A stretch of DNA of 64,000 nucleotides from an uncultured bacterium (lineage in GTDB: Bacteria > Babelota > Babeliae > Babelales > Babelaceae): positions 384,001-448,000 of the forward strand of contig OY970332.1 of NCBI GenBank assembly GCA_963717435.1. The letters run 5' to 3'. Positions 41,020-51,235 of this stretch are shown one piece after another. Below the pieces are notes generated by a model. It was given only the letters and a program-made list of their open reading frames with translations. It was not told where the DNA came from and ran no database searches. How positions within the stretch are numbered: position 1 is the stretch's first letter; each line of letters opens with the position of its first letter. The position numbers were made by a program, and so were the translations under genes.

Positions 41020-41204
41020 CCGCTCGCCCCCAGGCTTCACTAAAGTTTCGCCGGGCAGGCTGAGTGTATCGACTGCGTCCGTCGTAGTTTTAACGTAGAC
41101 GGAAGGGTCGGCCAGAAAGTTAATTCTGTATTTTTTCCCGGCGCACCCATTCGATACATTTTTCTACGCTCTAAAGAGCTACGAAAAACACTCAGGGCGA
41201 GCGC
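41020..41204. repeat. Convergent pair of A repeats; first copy has two nested B modules
   Basis: 41020..41107 (+) and 41144..41204 (-). Confidence 0.8.
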
Positions 41205-41362
41205 CATCTTGGATCTCGTGCAAATCCAGCTTTTGCAACAATTAATCTATCTGCTATACTGGCTAATATATTGAATTATTTAACTAGTTGGAATTTTTAA
41301 GACTTATTCTAAGTTCAATAAAAGTTAAAAACCAAAACAATTAAACAAAGATAAATCAAAAA

Positions 41363-42574
41363 ATGACCAATTATAAATCAAATAAGCCCCAAAAAACTAC
41401 TAGCAGTTTTAATAGAAATAAATCATCAGGGCCACGACGCTTTGGCAGATCAAATCAGCCAAGAAGAGCCGTCAAGAAATTTGACCCTTCTATGTTTATA
41501 AAAAAAGTAGAAGAACAGGTTGCATCTGCGCCCTATATTTCTAAGCATAAATTTTCTGATTTTCCAATCGAAGATCAAATCAAGCAAAATATAATTAATA
41601 AGGGCTATACGACCCCAACGCCAATCCAAGATGAAGCGATCCCATATTTACTAGAAATGCGAGATATTATTGCTACCGCAAATACGGGCACAGGCAAAAC
41701 AGCTGCTTTTTTAATCCCTCTAATTCACAATATTGTCACTAAAAAAACCCACAAGGTGTTAATTATTGCCCCAACAAGAGAGTTGGCCAATCAGATAAAC
41801 GAAGAGCTTAAAAGCTTTAAAACAAAATTGGGCCTTTATTCTACAGTATGTATTGGTGGATCAAGTATTTATTTCCAAGAAAAAGAATTAGCCAAGGGCC
41901 CGCAATTTGTAATCGGGACACCTGGAAGATTAATAGATTTAGAAAGAAATAGAATTATAAATTTTGGTAAATTTGACTCTATTGTTTTAGACGAAGTTGA
42001 TACAATGCTTGATATGGGATTCATAAGAGATATTAAGTATATTATCAATAAATTGCCGGCAAAAAGGCACTCTCTGTTTTTCTCTGCAACCATACCCCAA
42101 ACTCTAAAACCCTTAATGGATTCTTTTTTACGAAATCCAGTATCAGTAAGCGTAAAAACACGTCAATCTGCTGAAAATGTAAATCAAGATATTATAAAAA
42201 TAGAACATAAAAACAAAATAGATGTTTTGCATGACCTTTTGATTAAACCAGACGTTAAAAAAAGTATAATCTTTGTAGCAACTAAAAGATCTGCTGACAA
42301 ACTAGCCAAAGCGCTAAAAGAACGTGGATTTGATGTAGCCGCTATTCATGGCGATAAGACTCAGGCACAAAGAAACAAAGCGCTAGCTGCGTTTAAAGAA
42401 GATAAAGTTAATATTCTTTTGGCAACAGATGTTGTTGCACGTGGAATTGATATCGATGATGTATCTCACGTTATTAATTATGATCTTCCACAAACTCATG
42501 AAGATTATATTCATAGAATTGGAAGAACTGGACGTGCTGGAAAAATTGGCCAAGCAATAACGTTTATTGAGTAA
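41363..42574 (+). CDS. DEAD/DEAH-box RNA helicase (RhlE-like)
   Basis: TPTPIQ, TGTGKT, PTRELA, DEVD, SAT, HRIGRTGRAG. Confidence 0.9.
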   Translation: MTNYKSNKPQKTTSSFNRNKSSGPRRFGRSNQPRRAVKKFDPSMFIKKVEEQVASAPYISKHKFSDFPIEDQIKQNIINKGYTTPTPIQDEAIPYLLEMRDIIATANTGTGKTAAFLIPLIHNIVTKKTHKVLIIAPTRELANQINEELKSFKTKLGLYSTVCIGGSSIYFQEKELAKGPQFVIGTPGRLIDLERNRIINFGKFDSIVLDEVDTMLDMGFIRDIKYIINKLPAKRHSLFFSATIPQTLKPLMDSFLRNPVSVSVKTRQSAENVNQDIIKIEHKNKIDVLHDLLIKPDVKKSIIFVATKRSADKLAKALKERGFDVAAIHGDKTQAQRNKALAAFKEDKVNILLATDVVARGIDIDDVSHVINYDLPQTHEDYIHRIGRTGRAGKIGQAITFIE

Positions 42575-42588
42575 AAAGTCTGTAAAAA

Positions 42589-43188
42589 TTAGAGTGCAAA
42601 GTAGCTTTTACCATAAGCTAATTCCAACTCTGTCATTTTATTTTGTGTAAATTCTTGAGCCGTTTTTTCTCTTGCTTCAAAAGTATCTGGTATAAGATTC
42701 AGTCTTACATGTTCTCCTGCAAGACATTTTCCATATTTTAACATTGCATCATAAGCCGCTTGGGGATTTTTAATATACTGCTCTTGTCGGATAGTTAATC
42801 GTTCTTCTTTGGTTAAACATTGAGAAAATACAAACATTCTAGCAGCAACATATTCTCGTATTTTTATTAAAGTATGGGCTATCATTTCTTCGTTATATTT
42901 AAGCGGGACATTAAGCGCGCGGGCTTTTTGGCAAAATCCTGCAACAAATCTTCCTAAAAGTTCTGTTACAGTTTCCATATTATTCACATAAGAACCATCT
43001 TGATTAAAAACATTTTTATCTTCTTCTGACAAATCTTTAAGTCCCCAACTAATTGATGTTTTTGTAATTTCAAACCATTTAAGACAATCCCCCTCTTCTT
43101 GAGTTAAGAGCTTTAAACTTTCTTGATTCATAGAAATTAGGGATGAGAAGCAAACTGATATTAAAAATATTTTTTTTATTATGTTCAT
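42589..43188 (-). CDS. Secreted hypothetical protein
   Basis: Signal then MNQE. Confidence 0.65.
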   Translation of the reverse strand: MNIIKKIFLISVCFSSLISMNQESLKLLTQEEGDCLKWFEITKTSISWGLKDLSEEDKNVFNQDGSYVNNMETVTELLGRFVAGFCQKARALNVPLKYNEEMIAHTLIKIREYVAARMFVFSQCLTKEERLTIRQEQYIKNPQAAYDAMLKYGKCLAGEHVRLNLIPDTFEAREKTAQEFTQNKMTELELAYGKSYFAL

Positions 43189-43319
43189 TTTTGTTTCCTG
43201 TATAAATTTGTAAAATTTTATACACATTAGATAAAAATTATTTTCTCAAGTCAAGATATACTTAATGCTTGCATAATATGAGAAATGGCGCGCTAGAAAA
43301 AAAGTTGTGAGAATACGGC

Positions 43320-44069
43320 AAAAATTTTAAATTATGTTATTATTAATATAATTATTTAATAACTAATAAAAATTAAACATCATGCAAGAATTTCAATCAC
43401 AAGACATAGATCACTTATTAGCGAAATATAATTTATGAAAAAACTTTTCTTAATACTTACTCTTATGTTTTTAAATTGCGCGGCGACGGGTGGGTTTGAT
43501 GCCAAAGTTTGGAGGTCTATTAATTCCCATGATAAATATCAAGAAGAGAGTATAGAAGAACTTAAAGAAGCAATTAGCAACGGGTTTGACATAAACTCTA
43601 ATCTACTTGCTGGGTTTACCGCATTGCATTATGCAGTTCTTAGAGACAAACCTCTTGTTTGTAAGTTTTTAGTTGAAAATGGAGCTAATCCACACATTGA
43701 AAACTGTGATTGTGATACACCTTATGATCTTGCATGCGGAAATGGAAAACAGCAGTTTAGAGGCAAACGCAAAAATTTAATGGATATTTTGATATTAAGT
43801 AAATGCAACGTTTTTCGACCTGGCATGAACAGCAAAAATTATTGGGGCGGGGATGAATCAATTGATGCTCTTAAATCATATAATAGTAGATATAATTTAA
43901 ACCTTGAAATGGGCAAAGTTTTTGAATAATACTCTGTTTTATCTGCCTTTATTTGTTCTTCTTTAAATCACGATAAAAAATTTTAAATTATGTTATTATT
44001 AATATAATTATTTAATAACTAATAAAAATTAAACATCATGCAAGAATTTCAATCACAAGACATAGATCA
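43320..44069 (+). repeat. 94-bp direct repeat (43320..43413 and 43976..44069) flanking an ankyrin gene
   Basis: Identical upstream region plus first 10 codons of the ERF gene. Confidence 0.9.
43435..43929 (+). CDS. Secreted ankyrin-repeat protein
   Basis: GFTALHYAV...VCKFLVENGANPHIEN...TPYDLA. Confidence 0.85.
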   Translation: MKKLFLILTLMFLNCAATGGFDAKVWRSINSHDKYQEESIEELKEAISNGFDINSNLLAGFTALHYAVLRDKPLVCKFLVENGANPHIENCDCDTPYDLACGNGKQQFRGKRKNLMDILILSKCNVFRPGMNSKNYWGGDESIDALKSYNSRYNLNLEMGKVFE

Positions 44070-44649
44070 ACTTACGCTCGCACTAATGGAGCTGCACAAA
44101 GAATTTGGTGTTGTTGTCGGCAAAGATCGCAAGGGACATAAAGGAACCTACGCTTCGTTGCCATTAATTTTAGACTCAATACACAAAATGTGTTCCAAGC
44201 ATGGGCTAATTTTAACTCAAGCATCCCGTATTATTAACGGCCAGCCTGCACTTGAGACAATATTGCGCCATCCAAAAAGCGCACAATGGATCTCCTGCCA
44301 ATCACTTCTTACTCCTAATGCTGAAGTTCAAAGTTGCGATCAAGCCTGGGGTGGTTCAAGCACGTATCATAGGCGCTACGATGCCATGATGTTGCTTGGA
44401 ATATTTTCTGAAGATGATCCGACTGATAACGACGGGGATATAAATAATACAAGAAGTTTAAATTCAAAAACCAATTCTCTTATTAATGCAAAACAACTTG
44501 CGCTCTTAAATGCAAAAATATCTGGCGATAAAAATATTGAAGCCAAAATTCTTACGACACTAAAGATAAATAAACTTGCTGATATTCCATGGAAAGAGTT
44601 TAATAAAGTTTTGCAGTACGTTGAAACTTCAAAACCAAACAATAATTAA
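44038..44649 (+). CDS. ERF-family single-strand annealing protein
   Basis: YASL..I, HGL.LTQ, QAWGGSSTYHRRY...LLGI..EDD..DNDG. Confidence 0.85.
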   Translation: MQEFQSQDIDQLTLALMELHKEFGVVVGKDRKGHKGTYASLPLILDSIHKMCSKHGLILTQASRIINGQPALETILRHPKSAQWISCQSLLTPNAEVQSCDQAWGGSSTYHRRYDAMMLLGIFSEDDPTDNDGDINNTRSLNSKTNSLINAKQLALLNAKISGDKNIEAKILTTLKINKLADIPWKEFNKVLQYVETSKPNNN

Positions 44650-44758
44650 TCAAATTTTAAGCCCATTTGCATGCCGCTTGCCTAATAATAACAAAAGAAG
44701 TAAAATCATCCCGCATTTAGATTTTTGAAATCCAGTTAATTTTAAAAGGGAGAGCTTA

Positions 44759-45724
44759 ATGAAGTCAAAAATATCACTTCTACTAATTTCTACGCTATAT
44801 TATTCAAATTCAAATAGCCTGTTGTCTGAAGAAAATTCACCTAAGCCACAATTATCATTATTAAAGCCTTTAAAGCCAAGAAACATAGACATTATATACG
44901 CATCTTCGTTTTTAAAAGAGGATCAGAATACAGCAACAAACTCGCCTGAGGTGATATCTGCACTAATAAAGTCAAAAGTTGATGACGATAAATATATAGA
45001 ACAAATAAACTCTCTTATGACTTTGTTTTCTTTTGAAAGTGGTAGTAGTAGCAGTAAAGATTTGAATGAACCGGCTAAACCTAAAACAAGTAAACTTTAT
45101 GCGGAACATGTTTTTCCAAATTTAATCGATACTATTTGTAAAACAGAACCACAAAGTTTAATTCTAAAAACTGCCTGGCAGATATTAAACACTATGCCCA
45201 GTTTATATGATACATTTGACGCTAAGGGTGGGATGGAAGGATCTCTTACTAACGGGAAGCAGATAGAAGACTATATAAACTTAATTATAAAAGTTGTTCA
45301 AACAGAATTTCACGAAAAAGCTATGCTCTTACCCAGACTAATTATCAACCTCGGGCCTGAAAAAGATGTTCTTTTAACCAGATTAATTAGAAACTTGGGG
45401 ACCGACGAAGACTTTTTAGATTTGATCGATGAGAAGATTTCAGAACATGAAATTTTCAAGAACCAGATTAAAAATGTAGCAGATGAATATAAACAGCTTG
45501 CAGATCTGTCCGAAGATACTTTTAAACACGATGGGCGCGTGCTAGAAATAGCAGGGCAAATAAATTTAATTCATAAAAAAATAGTAGAATTCAAACATGA
45601 AATAGAAATGGAAAAATTAGAACAAAGACTTAACAAAAAAATCGTGTTAAAAAAGACTTTTGGCGCCTCAAGTTCTACAAAAGAAGAAAAAGAAGAAGTT
45701 GATAGCGCAAAGCAAGAAGACTAG
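44759..45724 (+). CDS. Secreted coiled-coil hypothetical protein
   Basis: 321 aa; signal peptide. Confidence 0.65.
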   Translation: MKSKISLLLISTLYYSNSNSLLSEENSPKPQLSLLKPLKPRNIDIIYASSFLKEDQNTATNSPEVISALIKSKVDDDKYIEQINSLMTLFSFESGSSSSKDLNEPAKPKTSKLYAEHVFPNLIDTICKTEPQSLILKTAWQILNTMPSLYDTFDAKGGMEGSLTNGKQIEDYINLIIKVVQTEFHEKAMLLPRLIINLGPEKDVLLTRLIRNLGTDEDFLDLIDEKISEHEIFKNQIKNVADEYKQLADLSEDTFKHDGRVLEIAGQINLIHKKIVEFKHEIEMEKLEQRLNKKIVLKKTFGASSSTKEEKEEVDSAKQED

Positions 45725-45732
45725 AAAGTAGT

Positions 45733-46110
45733 TTATTTTTTGCTGACCTTTTTGGTTGCCCCAGGCTTTTTGGAACTCGCCGCTTTATTACGTTTTGCAG
45801 CGTCTACAGACTTTTTTATCCACAAATCAAGTTCTTCAGAATTATTTAATATCTCTTCTGGCAGTTCAAAATATGGCAAAGACACTGTTTTGGGGCCAGC
45901 AGAATAGACAAATGGTTTTGAGTCATGCGCAAGATAATCTAGGCGATTTTGATCATCGACGCGAAAATATAGAATATTTTCTGCTATAAGACCAAACATG
46001 ACATCGCCAAAATAAATACCATATCCGCCAAACATAGCACGTGACCTGATCGGCCCATGGGATTCCAGATAAGAGAGAACGTAATCAAGAAACTGTTTTT
46101 TATTTTGCAT
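45733..46110 (-). CDS. TfoX/Sxy N-terminal domain protein
   Basis: RAMFGGYGIY...MFGLI....LYFRVD..N, PFVY. Confidence 0.85.
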   Translation of the reverse strand: MQNKKQFLDYVLSYLESHGPIRSRAMFGGYGIYFGDVMFGLIAENILYFRVDDQNRLDYLAHDSKPFVYSAGPKTVSLPYFELPEEILNNSEELDLWIKKSVDAAKRNKAASSKKPGATKKVSKK

Positions 46111-46201
46111 TATTTTACCAGTTATTTGCCTTAAAATTTTTGAAATAAAAAAGTGGGTTATAATTTAACAGTTTAAATTATAACCCACAAATCTTAATTA
46201 C

Positions 46202-47302
46202 TTAATTTCTAGATTTACCAAAAAGCATATTAATTAGCGCTTCTTTCTCATCTGAAGAATTAAAGCGCATCTTCTCGATATAATCAAATGGTGTATATCC
46301 CAAATGATCGGTAATTGATGTATCAAGTTTGCCCGACATTTTTAATGTGGCAATAAAAGTGATCACTTTGCGATTATCAAGAATAAAATCTTTAGACTTA
46401 TCCATATATTCACCAATAGACTGGAAGTTAGATCTGGTCCCTTTGTGATTGCGCAAGACTATATGCAATGGGGTATGTTCAATTTTAAAGCATTGCTTAT
46501 TAACATCTGCGCCATTTTTTATAAGCTCAAGAGCCATGCGCCAATTTGCATTTACAGCTGCATAATGCAGAGGCGTTTCTCCCTCACGATCACCAGCATT
46601 AATCAACTCTGCTTTCTGTGAATCTGTAAGGGCACCAAGAATAGCCTTAAGACAATCTAAATTCTTGCCCCATACCGCACAATGGATAGGGTTGCGCTTT
46701 GATTTATCGGTCAAAAATTCAGCTCCATTTTCAAGCAAAATATTAACCATCTCAAGATTTCCAGCTACAAGAGCTGTATGAAGTGGTGATATTCCTTGGT
46801 TGTTTTGACAGTTAATTTCTGCTTTATGGGCGATTAACTTCTTTGCGCAAAAATTATGAAATTTGAAAATGGACCAATGTAAAGCCGTATCACCTTTTTC
46901 ATCCGCCAAATCAGGATCCGCACCATATTCAAGCAACATTTTTGCTATAGTATCATGTCCATTACCACATGCCCATTGCAACGGGGTTTTTCTATTGTTA
47001 TCACGAACATCAACCGTTGCGTCATTTTTTAGCAAATAATTTACTATATCAAAATAACCGGCGTAAGAAGCCCAATGCAAAGCAGTTGACCCCCTTTTAT
47101 TTCTTACGTCTATATCAACTAACCCAGAAAGTCTTTTTACGCTCTCAAGATCATTTTGGCTTGCAAGGTAAATGAAGTCTGCTTCATTTCTTGATAATAG
47201 AAAGCCTGTCTCACTTGTGATATAAGATTCTTGCTCCATGGCATTTATGCCACCGAAACATGAAAAAATAGTTAAAAATAGCTTATTTAGACTCTTTGAC
47301 AC
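46202..47302 (-). CDS. Secreted ankyrin-repeat protein
   Basis: About 7-8 repeats (GSTALHWA, TPLQWAC, GETPLHYAA); signal then MEQE from GTG 47302. Confidence 0.9.
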   Translation of the reverse strand: MSKSLNKLFLTIFSCFGGINAMEQESYITSETGFLLSRNEADFIYLASQNDLESVKRLSGLVDIDVRNKRGSTALHWASYAGYFDIVNYLLKNDATVDVRDNNRKTPLQWACGNGHDTIAKMLLEYGADPDLADEKGDTALHWSIFKFHNFCAKKLIAHKAEINCQNNQGISPLHTALVAGNLEMVNILLENGAEFLTDKSKRNPIHCAVWGKNLDCLKAILGALTDSQKAELINAGDREGETPLHYAAVNANWRMALELIKNGADVNKQCFKIEHTPLHIVLRNHKGTRSNFQSIGEYMDKSKDFILDNRKVITFIATLKMSGKLDTSITDHLGYTPFDYIEKMRFNSSDEKEALINMLFGKSRN

Positions 47303-47554
47303 TGTAACCCCACTAGTTTTTTGATTATTATTTTGGTAGATATTTATCATACTAAATATTATCTAATTGTCAATAATAAGCAGATATTGCAGGTCCAAAT
47401 GGGATAATCCAGTAGCCCAAACTGGGCTATATGAAACAAAATAAAAATAGTTAATTTAAAATTAATTAGCAGGGGTCTTGTATTTTACGGGACCCTAATC
47501 TTAAACTAATAGTAGTTTTAAATATTTTCGTACAATTAATCAGGGGTAATCTGT

Positions 47555-48313
47555 ATGAATAAACTATTTTTGGTATCTATTATTTTGTTAACTATTCTTA
47601 ATTCACAAACAGCTTCAAAAGTGTCAAAAAAAACAATAATCGTCGGGCATCGTGGTGCAAGCGGGTATGAACCAGAAAATACACTGCGTTCGTTCAAGCG
47701 CGCTATTAAAATGGGCGCACCCATGATAGAACTTGATGTCTTTCAGTGCAAATCTGGCGAGATTGTTGTTATGCATGACGAAACTGTTGATCGCACAACA
47801 AATGGCAAGGGCTATGTTAAAGATTTAAACTGGGGTTATTTAAAAAATCTTGATGCAGGTAGCGGCGAACATGTCCCGTTATTGTCTCAGGTATTTGATT
47901 TGGTTAACAAGAAAGTTACGATAAATATCGAGATTAAAGATCCTGAGGCAACAAAATCTGTTGCAAACTTAATTCGTGAATATATTAAGAATAAAAACTG
48001 GTCGACTGACAACTTTATTGTGACTTCTTTTAATTTAACGGCTCTAAAAGATTTTCATAAATATTGCCCGGAAGTGAAAACCGGCGCATTGTTTGAAGAT
48101 AAATTAAATAATTATATAGAACTAACAAAGCAAATTGGCGCGCAATATTTAGTTTTAGATTATAAGCTGGTTACAAAAAATATAATTAATCAGGCACATG
48201 AGTCCAATTTAAGCGTCTTTGTTTATACTGTTAACGACAAAAAATTGGCAAAAAATCTTGCCCTACTCGGCGTTGATGGGATAATCACAAACTACCCTGA
48301 TATTTTAAGCTAA
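47555..48313 (+). CDS. Glycerophosphodiester phosphodiesterase with signal peptide
   Basis: GHRGASGYEPENTL, IELDV, HDETVDRTTNG, NIEIK, GVDGIITNYPD. Confidence 0.92.
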   Translation: MNKLFLVSIILLTILNSQTASKVSKKTIIVGHRGASGYEPENTLRSFKRAIKMGAPMIELDVFQCKSGEIVVMHDETVDRTTNGKGYVKDLNWGYLKNLDAGSGEHVPLLSQVFDLVNKKVTINIEIKDPEATKSVANLIREYIKNKNWSTDNFIVTSFNLTALKDFHKYCPEVKTGALFEDKLNNYIELTKQIGAQYLVLDYKLVTKNIINQAHESNLSVFVYTVNDKKLAKNLALLGVDGIITNYPDILS

Positions 48314-48927
48314 GCTTTTTTAAATAATTTTGTAAAAATATAATGGGTCGGAAAGAAAATCAGTAATGGGAAGCAGATAAATAAAGTTACGACCCACATC
48401 GGTTCTGAAATATAGTTCACAGAATAAACTTGGGACCAGAAAACCCAGCTGATATTTTCTTTTGGATCCGTAAAAAAATATATAAAAATCAAACTTGCCC
48501 AATAAAGAGCAGTAAAATAATATATCGCACGTCTGTTGTAGCCGTATTGCATAAGATATAAAACCCAGATAATTGGCGTGAAGACGTGAAATAAAGATAG
48601 CCCGCGAAGAAGAACGGGGTAAGAACAGTCAAACATGTAATCTGAAAGATGAATCAAGTTAACTTTAAAAAATATATCAATAAAATAATCGACGTTCCAA
48701 GCAAGTTCGACTGCCATAACACCAACAGCTGCCATGCTGATTAATAGACCAGAATTGAGCCATAGACCAATTGTAGTTAAAAATAGACCAAAATCAGAGA
48801 GCCACAAGAAATTTTGTGGGCCATAATGGCACCAATAAACTGGAATTAAAACTGCTAGATAAATTACCAAAAACCGTTTTAATATTGACCAAAATAGTTC
48901 TGAGTTAATAAATATTTTTTTAGACAC
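48310..48927 (-). CDS. Integral membrane protein
   Basis: Multiple TM; YGPQNFLWLSD, LSLFH, NISWV. Confidence 0.75.
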   Translation of the reverse strand: MSKKIFINSELFWSILKRFLVIYLAVLIPVYWCHYGPQNFLWLSDFGLFLTTIGLWLNSGLLISMAAVGVMAVELAWNVDYFIDIFFKVNLIHLSDYMFDCSYPVLLRGLSLFHVFTPIIWVLYLMQYGYNRRAIYYFTALYWASLIFIYFFTDPKENISWVFWSQVYSVNYISEPMWVVTLFICFPLLIFFPTHYIFTKLFKKA

Positions 48928-48956
48928 TAGAGATCCCCGATTTTTAAAACAAATTT

Positions 48957-49385
48957 TTAAAACTCTATTTTTTGACTGCGCAGCTTTTTGATCATACCCC
49001 GGTGGGACTTTGATTTCAACCGTGCTTCTTTGACAGATTTTGATATACGCGTGGCCATGCGTTTTTTGGAGACATATAAAGCTTTTTTGAGTTCATCGGC
49101 AAGCTTATCTAATGCAAGTTTTCTATTCTGATCCTGACTTCTTGTAGAACTGTTACTTACAATTAAATCACCATCTGAAGTTAATTTGGCTTGTAGCTTT
49201 TCTAATATTCTCGACTTTTGCTCGTCACTTAAACTATTACTAGATTTTACATTAAACCTAACGGTTATTTTTGAACTTGTTTTGTTAACATGCTGCCCGC
49301 CCGGGCCACCGGATCTACTTGCTGTTATCTCAAGTTCGTGTTCAGGGATTATTATCCCATTTTTTATATGCAAATCTTGTTTCAT
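48957..49385 (-). CDS. arfB: Alternative ribosome-rescue factor B (peptidyl-tRNA hydrolase)
   Basis: RSGGPGGQHVNKTSSK, RSQ..N, basic tail. Confidence 0.92.
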   Translation of the reverse strand: MKQDLHIKNGIIIPEHELEITASRSGGPGGQHVNKTSSKITVRFNVKSSNSLSDEQKSRILEKLQAKLTSDGDLIVSNSSTRSQDQNRKLALDKLADELKKALYVSKKRMATRISKSVKEARLKSKSHRGMIKKLRSQKIEF

Positions 49386-49544
49386 AAACTCTCTTTTATT
49401 TAAAAGTACAAAAACAGGTTAAAGAGAGTTTAATAAATTTTAAACTTAATTTTCACCAGTTTTATTTATTTTTAAAATATTATCTTAAATATGTTATCAT
49501 ACGATACATTGTTTATTATCTTTTTAACGAAAAACAGTGTATTC

Positions 49545-51152
49545 ATGACAAAATTTATTTTCATCACGGGCGGGGTATTATCAGGAATTGGAAAAGGGTT
49601 AAGCGCTGCGTCTATTGGCACGCTTTTGGAAAATATGGGTCATAAAATATCTTTCTTAAAATTGGACCCGTATTTAAATGTCGATCCTGGGACAATGAGC
49701 CCACATGAACATGGCGAAGTGTTTGTAACAGAAGATGGTGCCGAGACTGATTTAGATTTGGGCCATTATGAAAGATTCACGAACGTAAAATTGAAAGATC
49801 ATAATAGCGTTGCCGCAGGAAAGCTTTATGCGCGACTTATTGAGCGGGAACGCAGGGGCGATTTTTTGGGCCATAATATCCAAACGATTCCACATCTTAC
49901 TGATGAAATTAAGCAAACTATTAACAATGCATCAGAAAATAATTCTGGTCGTGTCGATTTTTTAATTGTTGAAATTGGCGGTACTGTTGGGGATATAGAA
50001 ATATTGCCATTTATCGAAGCAATAAGGCAAATGGGGTTGCATCAGGGTAGAAAAGACTGCTTGTATATTCACTTAACATATGTCCCATTTCTTGAGTCAT
50101 CAGGAGATTTAAAAACAAAACCCACTCAGCATTCAGTAAGACATTTATGCTCACTGGGAATTCAGCCAGATATTTTAATTTGCAGATCAAAATATAAATT
50201 ATCGCAAGATATAAAAAAGAAAATTTCACTGTTTACTAACGTCGAAGAAGCATCGATTATATCGGCGCCTGATCTTGGAATAATTTATGAATTGCCGTTG
50301 GTTTTTGCACAAGAGAAACTTCCTGAAACTATAGTTCGAAATTTTAATATTACTTATAAAGAACCCAATCTTGATAGCTGGCAAAATATTGTCGACACTC
50401 TAAAAAATTTAAAACAAGAAGTTAATATTGCAATTGTTGGAAAATATATAGAATTCAAAGACGCGTATAAGAGCTTGTATGAGGCGCTGACGCATGCGCA
50501 GATTCCAACAAAATCAAAAATTAAATTAACGCTTATAGATTCTCAAGATTTAACAGAAGATAATATAAATTTAAAACTTGAAAAAGTTGATGGGATAATA
50601 GTCCCGGGTGGATTTGGAGATCGAGGCATTGAAGGCAAAATTTTTGCTGCACGTTATGCAAGAGAAAATAAAATACCATATTTGGGAATTTGTTTGGGGA
50701 TGCAGGTTGCGGCTATAGAATTTGCAAGAAATGTTTTAAACATGAAAACCGCAAATTCGACTGAGTTTTGCGAAAGTACAGAATATCCAGTTATTGATTT
50801 TATGGAAGAACAAAAAAATATAACAAACAAGGGCGGCACCATGCGACTTGGCGCCCAAATTTGTGGTTTAAAACAAGATAGCAAAGCTTTTAATATTTAC
50901 GAAAATAATAAAATTTCTGAAAGACATCGGCACAGATTTGAGCTTAATTTAAAATTTAAAAACGAATTTGAAAAAAACGGCTTTATGATATCTGGATCGC
51001 ACGAGACAAATAATTTGCCGGAAATAATTGAACTTACGGATCATAAATTTTTTATCGGCTGTCAGTTTCACCCGGAATTACAGAGCAAGCCCTTTGCGCC
51101 ACATAAATTATTTGTAAACTTTGTCCAAGCCGCACTAAAAGAGAAGATTTAG
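49545..51152 (+). CDS. pyrG: CTP synthase
   Basis: TKFIFITGGVLSGIGKG, DPYLNVDPGTMSP, GICLGMQ, QFHPE. Confidence 0.97.
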   Translation: MTKFIFITGGVLSGIGKGLSAASIGTLLENMGHKISFLKLDPYLNVDPGTMSPHEHGEVFVTEDGAETDLDLGHYERFTNVKLKDHNSVAAGKLYARLIERERRGDFLGHNIQTIPHLTDEIKQTINNASENNSGRVDFLIVEIGGTVGDIEILPFIEAIRQMGLHQGRKDCLYIHLTYVPFLESSGDLKTKPTQHSVRHLCSLGIQPDILICRSKYKLSQDIKKKISLFTNVEEASIISAPDLGIIYELPLVFAQEKLPETIVRNFNITYKEPNLDSWQNIVDTLKNLKQEVNIAIVGKYIEFKDAYKSLYEALTHAQIPTKSKIKLTLIDSQDLTEDNINLKLEKVDGIIVPGGFGDRGIEGKIFAARYARENKIPYLGICLGMQVAAIEFARNVLNMKTANSTEFCESTEYPVIDFMEEQKNITNKGGTMRLGAQICGLKQDSKAFNIYENNKISERHRHRFELNLKFKNEFEKNGFMISGSHETNNLPEIIELTDHKFFIGCQFHPELQSKPFAPHKLFVNFVQAALKEKI

Positions 51153-51235
51153 TTAATTTGAAAAAATCCAGAAAATAATGTTAATGTAAATCCTGTATTC
51201 AAAAAAACAATCTAAAAAAGAAAGAGTATATTTTT

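Noticed and set aside
39507-42574. beta-CASP nuclease plus helicase as a defence system
   Set aside because: Divergently transcribed, typical RNA-metabolism families with no accessory defence domains
29464-47350. Prophage
   Set aside because: No terminase, capsid, portal or tail genes; only an isolated ERF
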